Shown: positions 36,104-43,561 of the stretch, piece after piece
Position numbering within the stretch: the first letter of the stretch is position 1
Layout: every line of letters begins with the position of its first letter
Source of the DNA: Candidatus Magasanikbacteria bacterium RIFCSPHIGHO2_01_FULL_33_34
GTDB taxonomy: Bacteria > Patescibacteriota > Patescibacteriia > Magasanikbacterales > UBA922
DNA length: 64,000 nt
Assembly: GCA_001782825.1 (NCBI GenBank)
Contig: MFPS01000008.1
Span: forward strand, 9,012-73,011
Direction: 5' to 3'
Notes under the pieces: model-generated
What the model was told of the DNA's origin: nothing
What the model saw: only the letters and a program-made list of their open reading frames with translations
Database searches by the model: none
Program-made: the position numbers and the translations under genes

Positions 36104-36136
36104 AAAGAACTCTGCTATTCAGCAGAGTTCTTTTGT
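36104..36136 (+). terminator. rho-independent terminator after secF
   Basis: AGAACTCTGCT-attc-AGCAGAGTTCT followed by TTTTG. Confidence 0.7.
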
Positions 36137-36192
36137 GATATAATAAATTTGTCTAATTTATATTATTTAATCAAAGAATATAAAATTTTTGT

Positions 36193-36354
36193 ATGTCTGA
36201 AAGTTTAATGAAACATTTTGTAGCTTTGTCTGGTACACTAGTATGTTTGCTTGTGTATTGGGTAGGCTATGTTGGTGGTAAATCAGGTATTTGGTTGCCG
36301 GTCTTGGGTCTTATTGCGATTTATGTAATAATTTACAAACTGCTTGATATGTAG
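36193..36354 (+). CDS. hypothetical 53-aa two-TM peptide (not in ORF track)
   Basis: MSESLMKHFVALSGTLVCLLVYWVGYVGGKSGIWLPVLGLIAIYVIIYKLLDM; 14 nt upstream of next gene. Confidence 0.35.
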   Translation: MSESLMKHFVALSGTLVCLLVYWVGYVGGKSGIWLPVLGLIAIYVIIYKLLDM

Positions 36355-36368
36355 TAGTTTTTTAAGAT

Positions 36369-37829
36369 ATGGAAATTGGTCCTATAAATATTGATTTGTC
36401 ATACGCACAGACTTTTTTTCAAGGAAAAGGGACTTTTGAGGTTGTAATGTTGGTAATTGCATGGTTTGGTTGGATAGTTATTGTATATTTTTTACTTTTT
36501 ATTATGTTATTCCTATGGAAGGAATACAAAGAAGAACAGTACAAGAAGGATTGGAAATGGGTACTTTTGGCGATAGATATTCCACCAGAAAATATGCAAA
36601 CCCCAAAAGCTGTTGAACAAATGTTTTCTCATTTGGCTGGGGCACATGATAGTCCGAATATTGCTGATAAATTTAGAACTGGTTATAAACAGCGTTGGTT
36701 TAGCTTTGAAATTATTAGTATGGAGGGGTATATTCAGTTTTTGGTGCGAACTGAGGAAATGTTTAGAGATTTGGTAGAAGCAGCAGTTTATGCGCAATAC
36801 CCAGGAGCTGAAATTTTTGAGGTTGAAGATTATGTTGATCAAGTACCAGACAAATTTCCTTCAGATGAATATGATATGTGGTCAGCAGATTTTGGTTTAG
36901 CAGAAAATTTTGCTTTTCCGATTAGAACATATGAAGAATTTGAACATAAGCTTTTTAAAGATGAGATGTTGAAGGATCCAATGGGAACATTTTTGGAAAG
37001 TTTTAGTCGGATCGGAGCTGGAGAACAGGTTTGGTTTCAGATTTTATTGGAACCAATAGATAATAGTTGGAAAGAAAAAGTAATAAAAAAGATTAAAGAA
37101 TTGGTAGGTGATATGGCAAGTATGACTAGTAGTAATAGTAAAAAAGGCGGAGGCTTTACTAGTCTTATCACAGATGAACCCAAAAAAGCTATGGCAGAAC
37201 TTAGTGCTCAATTATTTGGTTCTGGTACTTCTGATGCGGATGGTAAGGTTGTAAAAGATACTAACAAAACTCCAAAATTGACTCCGGGACAATCAAAAAT
37301 ATTAGAAGCAATGGAGAAAAAAATAACTAAAATTGGATTTAAAACTAAAATGAGATTAGTATATGTTGCGCGAAAGGAAGTATTTAAACCAGAAAGAGCT
37401 GTTAATGCAATTATTGGGGCTATTGGTCTATATAATGTTCCGAGTTCTAATTCGATTGTGGCGACTTCATCTATTAGTACCAATTATTTTCTCAAAGAAT
37501 CAAGGAACCAAACTAAAAAAATTAAAGCAATGAGTGCATATAAGAAAAGAAAAATGAAAGTTGGTGGCAATTCTTTTGTGTTTAATATAGAGGAGTTGGC
37601 TACTATTTGGCATTTTCCATTATCTTATGTAAAGACTCCAAATGTGCAAAAGACACAAGGTAAAAGAGCTGAACCACCATCTGGCCTTCCGGTTGAAAAT
37701 ATTCCAATTGTTGCCAAGATTCCAGTAGATGAGAGTGATAATAAGACAGTCAAAAAAGGGCAAAATAAAACTATTATTACTGATGCAGGGGATGTGGCTT
37801 ATTTTAGTTCTGATGAAGAGTATGGTTAA
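36369..37829 (+). CDS. hypothetical membrane-anchored protein (N-terminal TM, large soluble domain)
   Basis: 486-aa ORF with AT-rich native codon usage; no recognised motif. Confidence 0.6.
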   Translation: MEIGPINIDLSYAQTFFQGKGTFEVVMLVIAWFGWIVIVYFLLFIMLFLWKEYKEEQYKKDWKWVLLAIDIPPENMQTPKAVEQMFSHLAGAHDSPNIADKFRTGYKQRWFSFEIISMEGYIQFLVRTEEMFRDLVEAAVYAQYPGAEIFEVEDYVDQVPDKFPSDEYDMWSADFGLAENFAFPIRTYEEFEHKLFKDEMLKDPMGTFLESFSRIGAGEQVWFQILLEPIDNSWKEKVIKKIKELVGDMASMTSSNSKKGGGFTSLITDEPKKAMAELSAQLFGSGTSDADGKVVKDTNKTPKLTPGQSKILEAMEKKITKIGFKTKMRLVYVARKEVFKPERAVNAIIGAIGLYNVPSSNSIVATSSISTNYFLKESRNQTKKIKAMSAYKKRKMKVGGNSFVFNIEELATIWHFPLSYVKTPNVQKTQGKRAEPPSGLPVENIPIVAKIPVDESDNKTVKKGQNKTIITDAGDVAYFSSDEEYG

Positions 37830-37835
37830 TTATTT

Positions 37836-38366
37836 TTAGATATTTATACTTTGTTTTGTACTTTTTTTGTTTTGATAGTATAGGACAGATTCTGTGGTTC
37901 CTACTAATATGAATGTATAGAAAATATCACCCATTAGACTATTTTTGAAGAAGGGAAGGGCCATATAGTAGGATTCAATTAATCCTGAAATTGAATGACT
38001 GTACATTGTACCAAAGATCCATACTGAGGCATTGGTTATAAGGAAGAATATTAGTGATCCCAATATTGTTGCTCCAGCAATTTTACCAAAGCTTTTGTTT
38101 TTTCTTGCAAGCAATCCTAGTAAGCCCATAATTACAAAACTGCCATAAACTGACAACATTATTTGCCAAGAGTAAAAGCCAATAAAAAAGTCGCTTATAA
38201 TAAGGGCGATCACTGGAATTATAATTGCATATTTTTTTGGGAAGTATAGTCCGCTAAAAATTGCAATAGCTCCAATTGGTACAAAATTGGCTGTATGTGG
38301 TAAGAATCTAAAGGTGATTCCAATAGCTAAAAGAAAGTATAAGATTATGTAGTTATTTTTGTTCAT
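37836..38366 (-). CDS. small polytopic membrane protein, ECF-transporter S-component-like (candidate vitamin/cobalamin permease)
   Basis: 176 aa, ~5-6 TM helices; size and topology typical of ECF S components; last gene of the riboswitch-fronted operon. Confidence 0.35.
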   Translation of the reverse strand: MNKNNYIILYFLLAIGITFRFLPHTANFVPIGAIAIFSGLYFPKKYAIIIPVIALIISDFFIGFYSWQIMLSVYGSFVIMGLLGLLARKNKSFGKIAGATILGSLIFFLITNASVWIFGTMYSHSISGLIESYYMALPFFKNSLMGDIFYTFILVGTTESVLYYQNKKSTKQSINI

Positions 38367-38394
38367 ATGTATTTTGTTGGAAATTATATGTAAG

Positions 38395-38575
38395 CTATAA
38401 TAGCATTATTTATATTTTTATCTATGACCGCATTATTTTCAATTATTTGTTTTTACTCCCTGCCTGCCGGCAGGCAGGATTCTCGCTTTGGCTCTGAGGG
38501 TGATGCATGTTGGGGCATCAAATCCGTAAAAACAAATAATTGAAAAAATGCTTAATTATAGATAATGCTCTTAAT
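38395..38575. repeat. structured palindromic intergenic repeat, copy b
   Basis: Outer TIR AGCATTATTTATA / TATAGATAATGCT, inner 17-nt IR CAATTATTTGTTTTTAC / GTAAAAACAAATAATTG (perfect), 20-bp perfect palindrome, GATGCAtgttggGGCATC hairpin. Confidence 0.8.
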
Positions 38576-38584
38576 TTTTACAAA

Positions 38585-40951
38585 TTATATTATATTTTTA
38601 AGGAATTTTAAACCCATATATAGACCAAGTCCAATGGCTCCAGAACCGGTAACTGCTATGACTTTTTCTATTATATTACGAGAGATTGGATTGGCTTGAT
38701 TTATTATATCATCCTCCAAATATTTTAATTCAGATATTTCAGTGGTTTCTCCTATTGGTTCTATGGTTTCATTTGGTTTATTATTAACCAAGTTTAACAT
38801 AGTATTGGTATCAGTAACAAGTGTAATATTATTTTCTTTTGTTATTTCTTGTGTTGTCGAAGTTATTATCGTTTCTTTGGTTGTATTTTGAACAGTATCA
38901 ATTTTGGTTATTGGTAAATTTTTTTCAATATTTTCTTCAATTAATTCTACAAAAATAGTTGATGTGACAAGCACTTCGGTTGATGTAACAAAAAGAGATT
39001 CAGTTGTGGTGTTAAAGTCTGTACCAATTATATTGCTGTATGAGTTTGAACTACTACTATTGGTTATAGTTGTAGGTATCTGTTCATTTGCTGTAGCAGG
39101 CGTAAATAATGGCTGTATAGGCCAGCTATAACCTAGTAGGGCTGGAATTGCATGTTTTGTATTGAACCAATCAACACCATCTACCCAGTCAGATGTATAA
39201 TAGCCATTTTCTTGTAAATTATCAATATATACAGACCATGGATTTTTGTCACCGATTGTCCATTCTTCTTGACCTTCACCTAGAGAATTTAAGCCCATCA
39301 AAACCCAGCTAGTGGTCAAGGTATCAGAAGTCAGATAACCCCAGCCACCATCATTATTTTGTTCATTTTTTAAATATTGCTTGGCTTTTGTAAATACACT
39401 ATTATCAATTTGAATTCCTTTTTCTTTTGCATAGTTTAATATATTTATAACTGCGCCAGTTATGTCTGCTCCGGCATAACCATCCCATGTGAATGCTCCG
39501 TCTGTATTTTGATCTGCTAAAATATCATTTAGTATATCAGTAATAATGTTTTCATTGATATTATTTTCAGATGTAAGCAATGCAAACAAAGCAAATACAT
39601 CATCATTAATTCCAGGTAATCCAAAGTCAGTTTCAGAATAACATTCGGTTTTTAGCGTATTAATTAGATTTATCATTGATTGATTATTGGTAGAAATTCC
39701 AGACGTATATAATGACAAATAGTGTCTTGGGTATGAAGCACAAACATTTAAATCAGTGGCATCAGTATAATTATAGTTTTTAATGTAGTCAGACAAGGAA
39801 GTAGAACTGGCAATAATATTAGCTGGATTTTTTCCATTGGCTACTAATGCCATTACAGACCAATCAGAAATCCCAGCATCTATGATTTTTCCAGTTTTGT
39901 CTTGGTTTTTTATTAAGAATTCGGTTAATTTATTGGCTGTGTTTGTAATTTGATTAGGTGAAATTAAATTTGTATAAGGTGTATTATTATCTGAAGATCC
40001 ACTACTTGAAGATCCGTTTGATGAATTATTTTCAGTAGTAGTAGAAATGATCGGTAGATCAAGTACATTTATGGTTATAGCGTTACTCCATTTTGAAAAG
40101 TCTGCCGGGGATATTTTTGCATAGTATGTCCCAGTCGCCGAGAACATAAAATCAACTATGCCATTTGTATCAGATACAAGCGTTGTAGTAGTTAAGGTTG
40201 TATCCCACCATCCAGTTGGGTTGGGATTGGTAATTGATATATCTATTGTATCATTGGCATCAGTTGACCATTCACTACTAGTAGTAGAAAAGTTATATTT
40301 GAAAGTTTGGAAGGTTGTAGTGGTACCAATTGGAAAGGTAGAAGTGCTAGCGGTAATTGACCATGGGTTTCCAAAGTATACATAAACATTTTCACCTCCA
40401 AATAATTCATATTTGTCCATACCGATATTTGGATATTCACCGTCTACAGCATATTGCCAATTGTAACAAGCTTCAGTGCTTGAATTAACTTCAATACAAT
40501 TTATCAAAAAACTATTAAAAGATTCATAATATACTAAATTTGAAATATTGAATGAAGCATTGTTTTGATTTTCTGTAAGGAGTGTAGTCAAAACATTATG
40601 GTTTTGTGATGAAGTTGTAAATATTTCATTGGTATTTGAATCTGTATAATCAAATGTTGTACTTGATGATAATTCAACTTCGCCTTGAAATATAAAATTA
40701 TCTTGATATCGCAAATTAAAGTTAATTGAAATTGGTTCATAAATTTCTTCTGTGGTGGTTGGTGTTTCAATAATATCATCTGTAGAGGTTGAAACTTCTT
40801 GTTCGGTTGAGCTAGTAGTTTGTGGGGTACTTGTAGAAGTGTCGCTATCATCAATAGCCCCAAAAGCAGAATTAACTGGTATGGTTATTAGTATTGAGAT
40901 AAACAGTATATTTATAAACAGTATAGGTGTATTAAAGATTTGATTTTTCAT
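38585..40951 (-). CDS. large cell-surface protein with prenyltransferase/terpenoid-cyclase-like alpha/alpha-toroid repeats; signal peptide, Ser/Thr-rich linker, C-terminal TM anchor
   Basis: Repeats such as QNTDGAFTWDGYAGADITGAVINIL, NEQNNDGGWGYLTSDTLTTSWVLMGL, GKIIDAGISDWSVMALVANG resemble squalene-cyclase/prenyltransferase-type repeats; 788 aa. Confidence 0.6.
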   Translation of the reverse strand: MKNQIFNTPILFINILFISILITIPVNSAFGAIDDSDTSTSTPQTTSSTEQEVSTSTDDIIETPTTTEEIYEPISINFNLRYQDNFIFQGEVELSSSTTFDYTDSNTNEIFTTSSQNHNVLTTLLTENQNNASFNISNLVYYESFNSFLINCIEVNSSTEACYNWQYAVDGEYPNIGMDKYELFGGENVYVYFGNPWSITASTSTFPIGTTTTFQTFKYNFSTTSSEWSTDANDTIDISITNPNPTGWWDTTLTTTTLVSDTNGIVDFMFSATGTYYAKISPADFSKWSNAITINVLDLPIISTTTENNSSNGSSSSGSSDNNTPYTNLISPNQITNTANKLTEFLIKNQDKTGKIIDAGISDWSVMALVANGKNPANIIASSTSLSDYIKNYNYTDATDLNVCASYPRHYLSLYTSGISTNNQSMINLINTLKTECYSETDFGLPGINDDVFALFALLTSENNINENIITDILNDILADQNTDGAFTWDGYAGADITGAVINILNYAKEKGIQIDNSVFTKAKQYLKNEQNNDGGWGYLTSDTLTTSWVLMGLNSLGEGQEEWTIGDKNPWSVYIDNLQENGYYTSDWVDGVDWFNTKHAIPALLGYSWPIQPLFTPATANEQIPTTITNSSSSNSYSNIIGTDFNTTTESLFVTSTEVLVTSTIFVELIEENIEKNLPITKIDTVQNTTKETIITSTTQEITKENNITLVTDTNTMLNLVNNKPNETIEPIGETTEISELKYLEDDIINQANPISRNIIEKVIAVTGSGAIGLGLYMGLKFLKNII

Positions 40952-41525
40952 ATTTCCATTCTATTAAATCGTTATTATTAATTATGTAATTAGATATGCC
41001 TATTTTTGCTGATTCTCCATTTATGTAGTATACCCAGTATTTACCAGCTCGATTATCATTTTCAATACCATTTAATTTTGTAATGAAATATCCGATATTA
41101 CTATAGTCTATTGCCTCAAATGTAATTAAGTTATTTTTAGAAAGTTTTTCCATTGCGTGGTATAAGCTAGTATTTTCTTGTGCTGATGATACATAAGTAT
41201 TGTTATCTATATTTAGAGTAAACTTAATTGGATATTCAATGGTTATTTTATCAGTTGTAGTTTCATTGAATGTGGTTTTATCAGTAGTAGTTACTATATT
41301 ATTTATATCTTCTATTATTTCAGAATTTTCAAATTTAATTTTTTCAACTTCATCTTCAATTTTTTCATTATTAATTATGGGGTTATTAGTAGTCGGTTTT
41401 TTATTCTCTATAAATATTTCTTTGTTTGAAGTTAACTGTAAATAGGTAATTCCAAAAATAGTTATGAATATTAAAATTATCATCAGAAATATTAAAGGTT
41501 TGTTTTTTTTGTAAAAATTATTCAT
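40932..41525 (-). CDS. DUF4430-domain protein (transcobalamin/BtuG-like B12-binding beta-domain), membrane-anchored
   Basis: C-terminal NGIENDNRAGKYWVYYINGESAKIGISNYIINNNDLIEWKYE matches DUF4430 signature; ATG at 41525 preferred, because the in-frame TTG at 41573 would place the riboswitch terminator hairpin inside the CDS. Confidence 0.65.
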   Translation of the reverse strand: MNNFYKKNKPLIFLMIILIFITIFGITYLQLTSNKEIFIENKKPTTNNPIINNEKIEDEVEKIKFENSEIIEDINNIVTTTDKTTFNETTTDKITIEYPIKFTLNIDNNTYVSSAQENTSLYHAMEKLSKNNLITFEAIDYSNIGYFITKLNGIENDNRAGKYWVYYINGESAKIGISNYIINNNDLIEWKYEKSNL

Positions 41526-41536
41526 AAAATTAAAAA

Positions 41537-41685
41537 ACTTTCCGGCAGGAAAGATAAGTTGATCAAAAATCAAAGGTCCTGCTCGGGTTACGCATTTATT
41601 TGAAGATCGGACTCGTTCCCTAAAGGGACATTACCGTTGCGGCACAGTGAGGGGATTTACCCTACTTCCACAAATAAATGGTTTA
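41537..41685 (-). promoter_or_regulatory. candidate cobalamin (B12) riboswitch with terminator-type expression platform
   Basis: Minus-strand RNA: P1 CAUUUAUUUG...CAAAUAAAUG enclosing GGGUAAAUCCCCUCACUGUGCCGCAACGGUAA (cf. consensus GGUGAAAAUCC...CCGCCACUGUAA) and GAGUCCG (start of B12 box rAGYCMG); followed by CUUUCCUGCCGGAAAG hairpin + UUUUUUAAUUUU directly before the DUF4430 ATG. Confidence 0.5.
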
Positions 41686-41784
41686 GTTGTATTGTCAGAT
41701 TATCATTGAATAGTAGTAGTGTCAAGTATTGATTTTAAGCTAAAATTAGTGTATAGTTTTGCCATATGTGGATAACTGAGTGAG

Positions 41785-41878
41785 ATTAATAGAAATTATT
41801 ATTCGCTCATTCTCGCTTTGGCTCCGAGGTGGTTGCCTGTTGTGGCAACCAAATCCGCTCGTAATAATTTCTATTAAT
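41785..41878. repeat. variant copy (d) of the structured repeat core, with different 19-nt terminal inverted repeats
   Basis: ATTAATAGAAATTATTATTCG...CGTAATAATTTCTATTAAT flank core TTCTCGCTTTGGCTCCGAGGTGGTTGCCtgttgtGGCAACCAAATCCG; hairpin shows compensatory change (GTTGCC/GGCAAC versus GATGCC/GGCATC in copies a-c). Confidence 0.7.
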
Positions 41879-41895
41879 GGTATTTTTGAAAAAGT

Positions 41896-42858
41896 ATGTG
41901 GATTGATAAAATTTTAAATAAAAACAAAAAAATAATGGCTTTGTCGCCAATGGCGGATATGACTGATTCGCCATTTTGTCGTATAGTGCGTCAAATTGGC
42001 GGAGTGGATATTGTGTTTCGAGAAATGGTGAGTAGTGAGGCTTTGGTTAGAGGAAGTGAAAAGACATTGAAAATGGCTGAATTTCACAAAACAGAAAGAC
42101 CAATTGTTCAGCAGATTTTTGGGGCAGACCCATTGATAATGGCTAGATCTGCAGATATCGTAATGCAACATTCTAATCCCGAAGGGATTGATATAAATAT
42201 GGGTTGTCCAGTTTATAAAATAACTAGTAATTTTAATGGTTGTGCTTTGATGAAGGACCCGGAGTTGGCTAGTAAGATTATAAAAGAAATGAAATCTGCA
42301 ATTGGTGATACGCCTTTGTCAGTTAAGATAAGGTTAGGTTGGAGTAATCCGGATGATTTTAAGATATTTATTCCGGCTATTGAGCGAGCTGGAGTTGATT
42401 TGATTACTGTTCATGGTAGAACAAAAGAACAAGGATATTCTGGAGTAAGTGATTGGCAGAGGATTGCAGAGGCCAAAAAAATTGCGACTGTGCCATTATT
42501 AGCCAATGGAGATATTCATGAACCTAGTCAGGTAAGTGAGGCGCTTGAAATTACTGGAGCTGATGGAGTTTTGATAGCTCGGGGCGCGCTTGGGAATCCT
42601 TGGTTTTTTGATATGATAGGAAAAAATGGTGAGATGGTCTCTTTAGATGAAAGAAAACGAGTAGTGCTAGAACATCTAAAATTGCATATTGAACATTATG
42701 GAGAACGGGGGATTGTAACTTTTAGAAAACATTTGTCTTGGTATTTCAAAACCAATAAAATAGGCCAGAATTTACCAAATATAAAAGAATGGAGATCAAA
42801 AATAGTACAAGTTAAAACTTTGGAAGAGGTGGAATCTCTGTTGGGTGAATTAAATTAA
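41896..42858 (+). CDS. tRNA-dihydrouridine synthase
   Basis: LSPMADMTDSPFCRIV, catalytic NMGCP, TIM-barrel Dus pattern; 320 aa (alternative ATG at 41935). Confidence 0.9.
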   Translation: MWIDKILNKNKKIMALSPMADMTDSPFCRIVRQIGGVDIVFREMVSSEALVRGSEKTLKMAEFHKTERPIVQQIFGADPLIMARSADIVMQHSNPEGIDINMGCPVYKITSNFNGCALMKDPELASKIIKEMKSAIGDTPLSVKIRLGWSNPDDFKIFIPAIERAGVDLITVHGRTKEQGYSGVSDWQRIAEAKKIATVPLLANGDIHEPSQVSEALEITGADGVLIARGALGNPWFFDMIGKNGEMVSLDERKRVVLEHLKLHIEHYGERGIVTFRKHLSWYFKTNKIGQNLPNIKEWRSKIVQVKTLEEVESLLGELN

Positions 42859-43058
42859 AATGGAATAGTATAGTAGACTCATTTTAGATCTTTTTAATAT
42901 TTTTGTTTATATGAAGTGATATAAATATAAAATTATATATGAGACTGAAGCTTGACAAAATAGCTATTTTAAAATATATTAAAATAAGGTCAAATATGGC
43001 ATTTTGCTATATTGTAGATTTGTGAGCAAATTATAAAAAAAGAAAGAGAGAATTTATA

Positions 43059-43421
43059 ATGAGAAGAATGAGTGATGATAGTAGTCTACCTATGGAAATG
43101 GTTGTTGGTGGTCGTAAATACAAGATTTTAGGATTCTTATTTGAAGATGAAGAGTCTGTGCTCGGTAGAACAATGATTGAACGTGCTGTTAGTATGGATG
43201 CTAATCCTGGAGAAGAAGATGGACAACACATATTGGATAATTATAAGGATATTCCTTCTGTTTTACATAATACAATGTTTGTTATAACAGGTTGGCGTAA
43301 GCCTGGATCTGCCGATGATGTTGCTTGTCTTTGCTGGAAAGATAACATTCTGGTTCTTGCATGGCTTTGGATTGGTGGTGCGCATTGGTCCAGAGGCGAT
43401 CGTGTTTTGCGTCGTGAGTAG
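43059..43421 (+). CDS. hypothetical protein (Trp/Cys-containing, locally GC-richer)
   Basis: 120-aa ORF with AG-rich RBS and putative TTGACA-17-TATATT promoter upstream; no known motif. Confidence 0.45.
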   Translation: MRRMSDDSSLPMEMVVGGRKYKILGFLFEDEESVLGRTMIERAVSMDANPGEEDGQHILDNYKDIPSVLHNTMFVITGWRKPGSADDVACLCWKDNILVLAWLWIGGAHWSRGDRVLRRE

Positions 43422-43561
43422 GTAATTATATTATCTTTGGTACATCTATTTTATTTTTTTAATCTTTTTTATTCTTGGTATTTGTTTGCCAAATTTGCTT
43501 ACTAACTCTTGTGTGTAAAATGCTTTTGAGCTTTTGACATATGAGGGTTTTTTTAATTATT

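Noticed and set aside
41573-41574. TTG at 41573 as start of the DUF4430 gene (as in ORF track)
   Set aside because: Would place the riboswitch terminator hairpin and U-run inside the coding sequence; the in-frame ATG at 41525 immediately after the U-run is more plausible
41537-41685. Interpreting the GC-rich segment upstream of the DUF4430 gene as a tRNA or SRP/RNase P fragment
   Set aside because: No cloverleaf, no CCA/T-loop GTTC motif; sequence instead matches cobalamin-riboswitch core motifs and is followed by a terminator hairpin in a leader position
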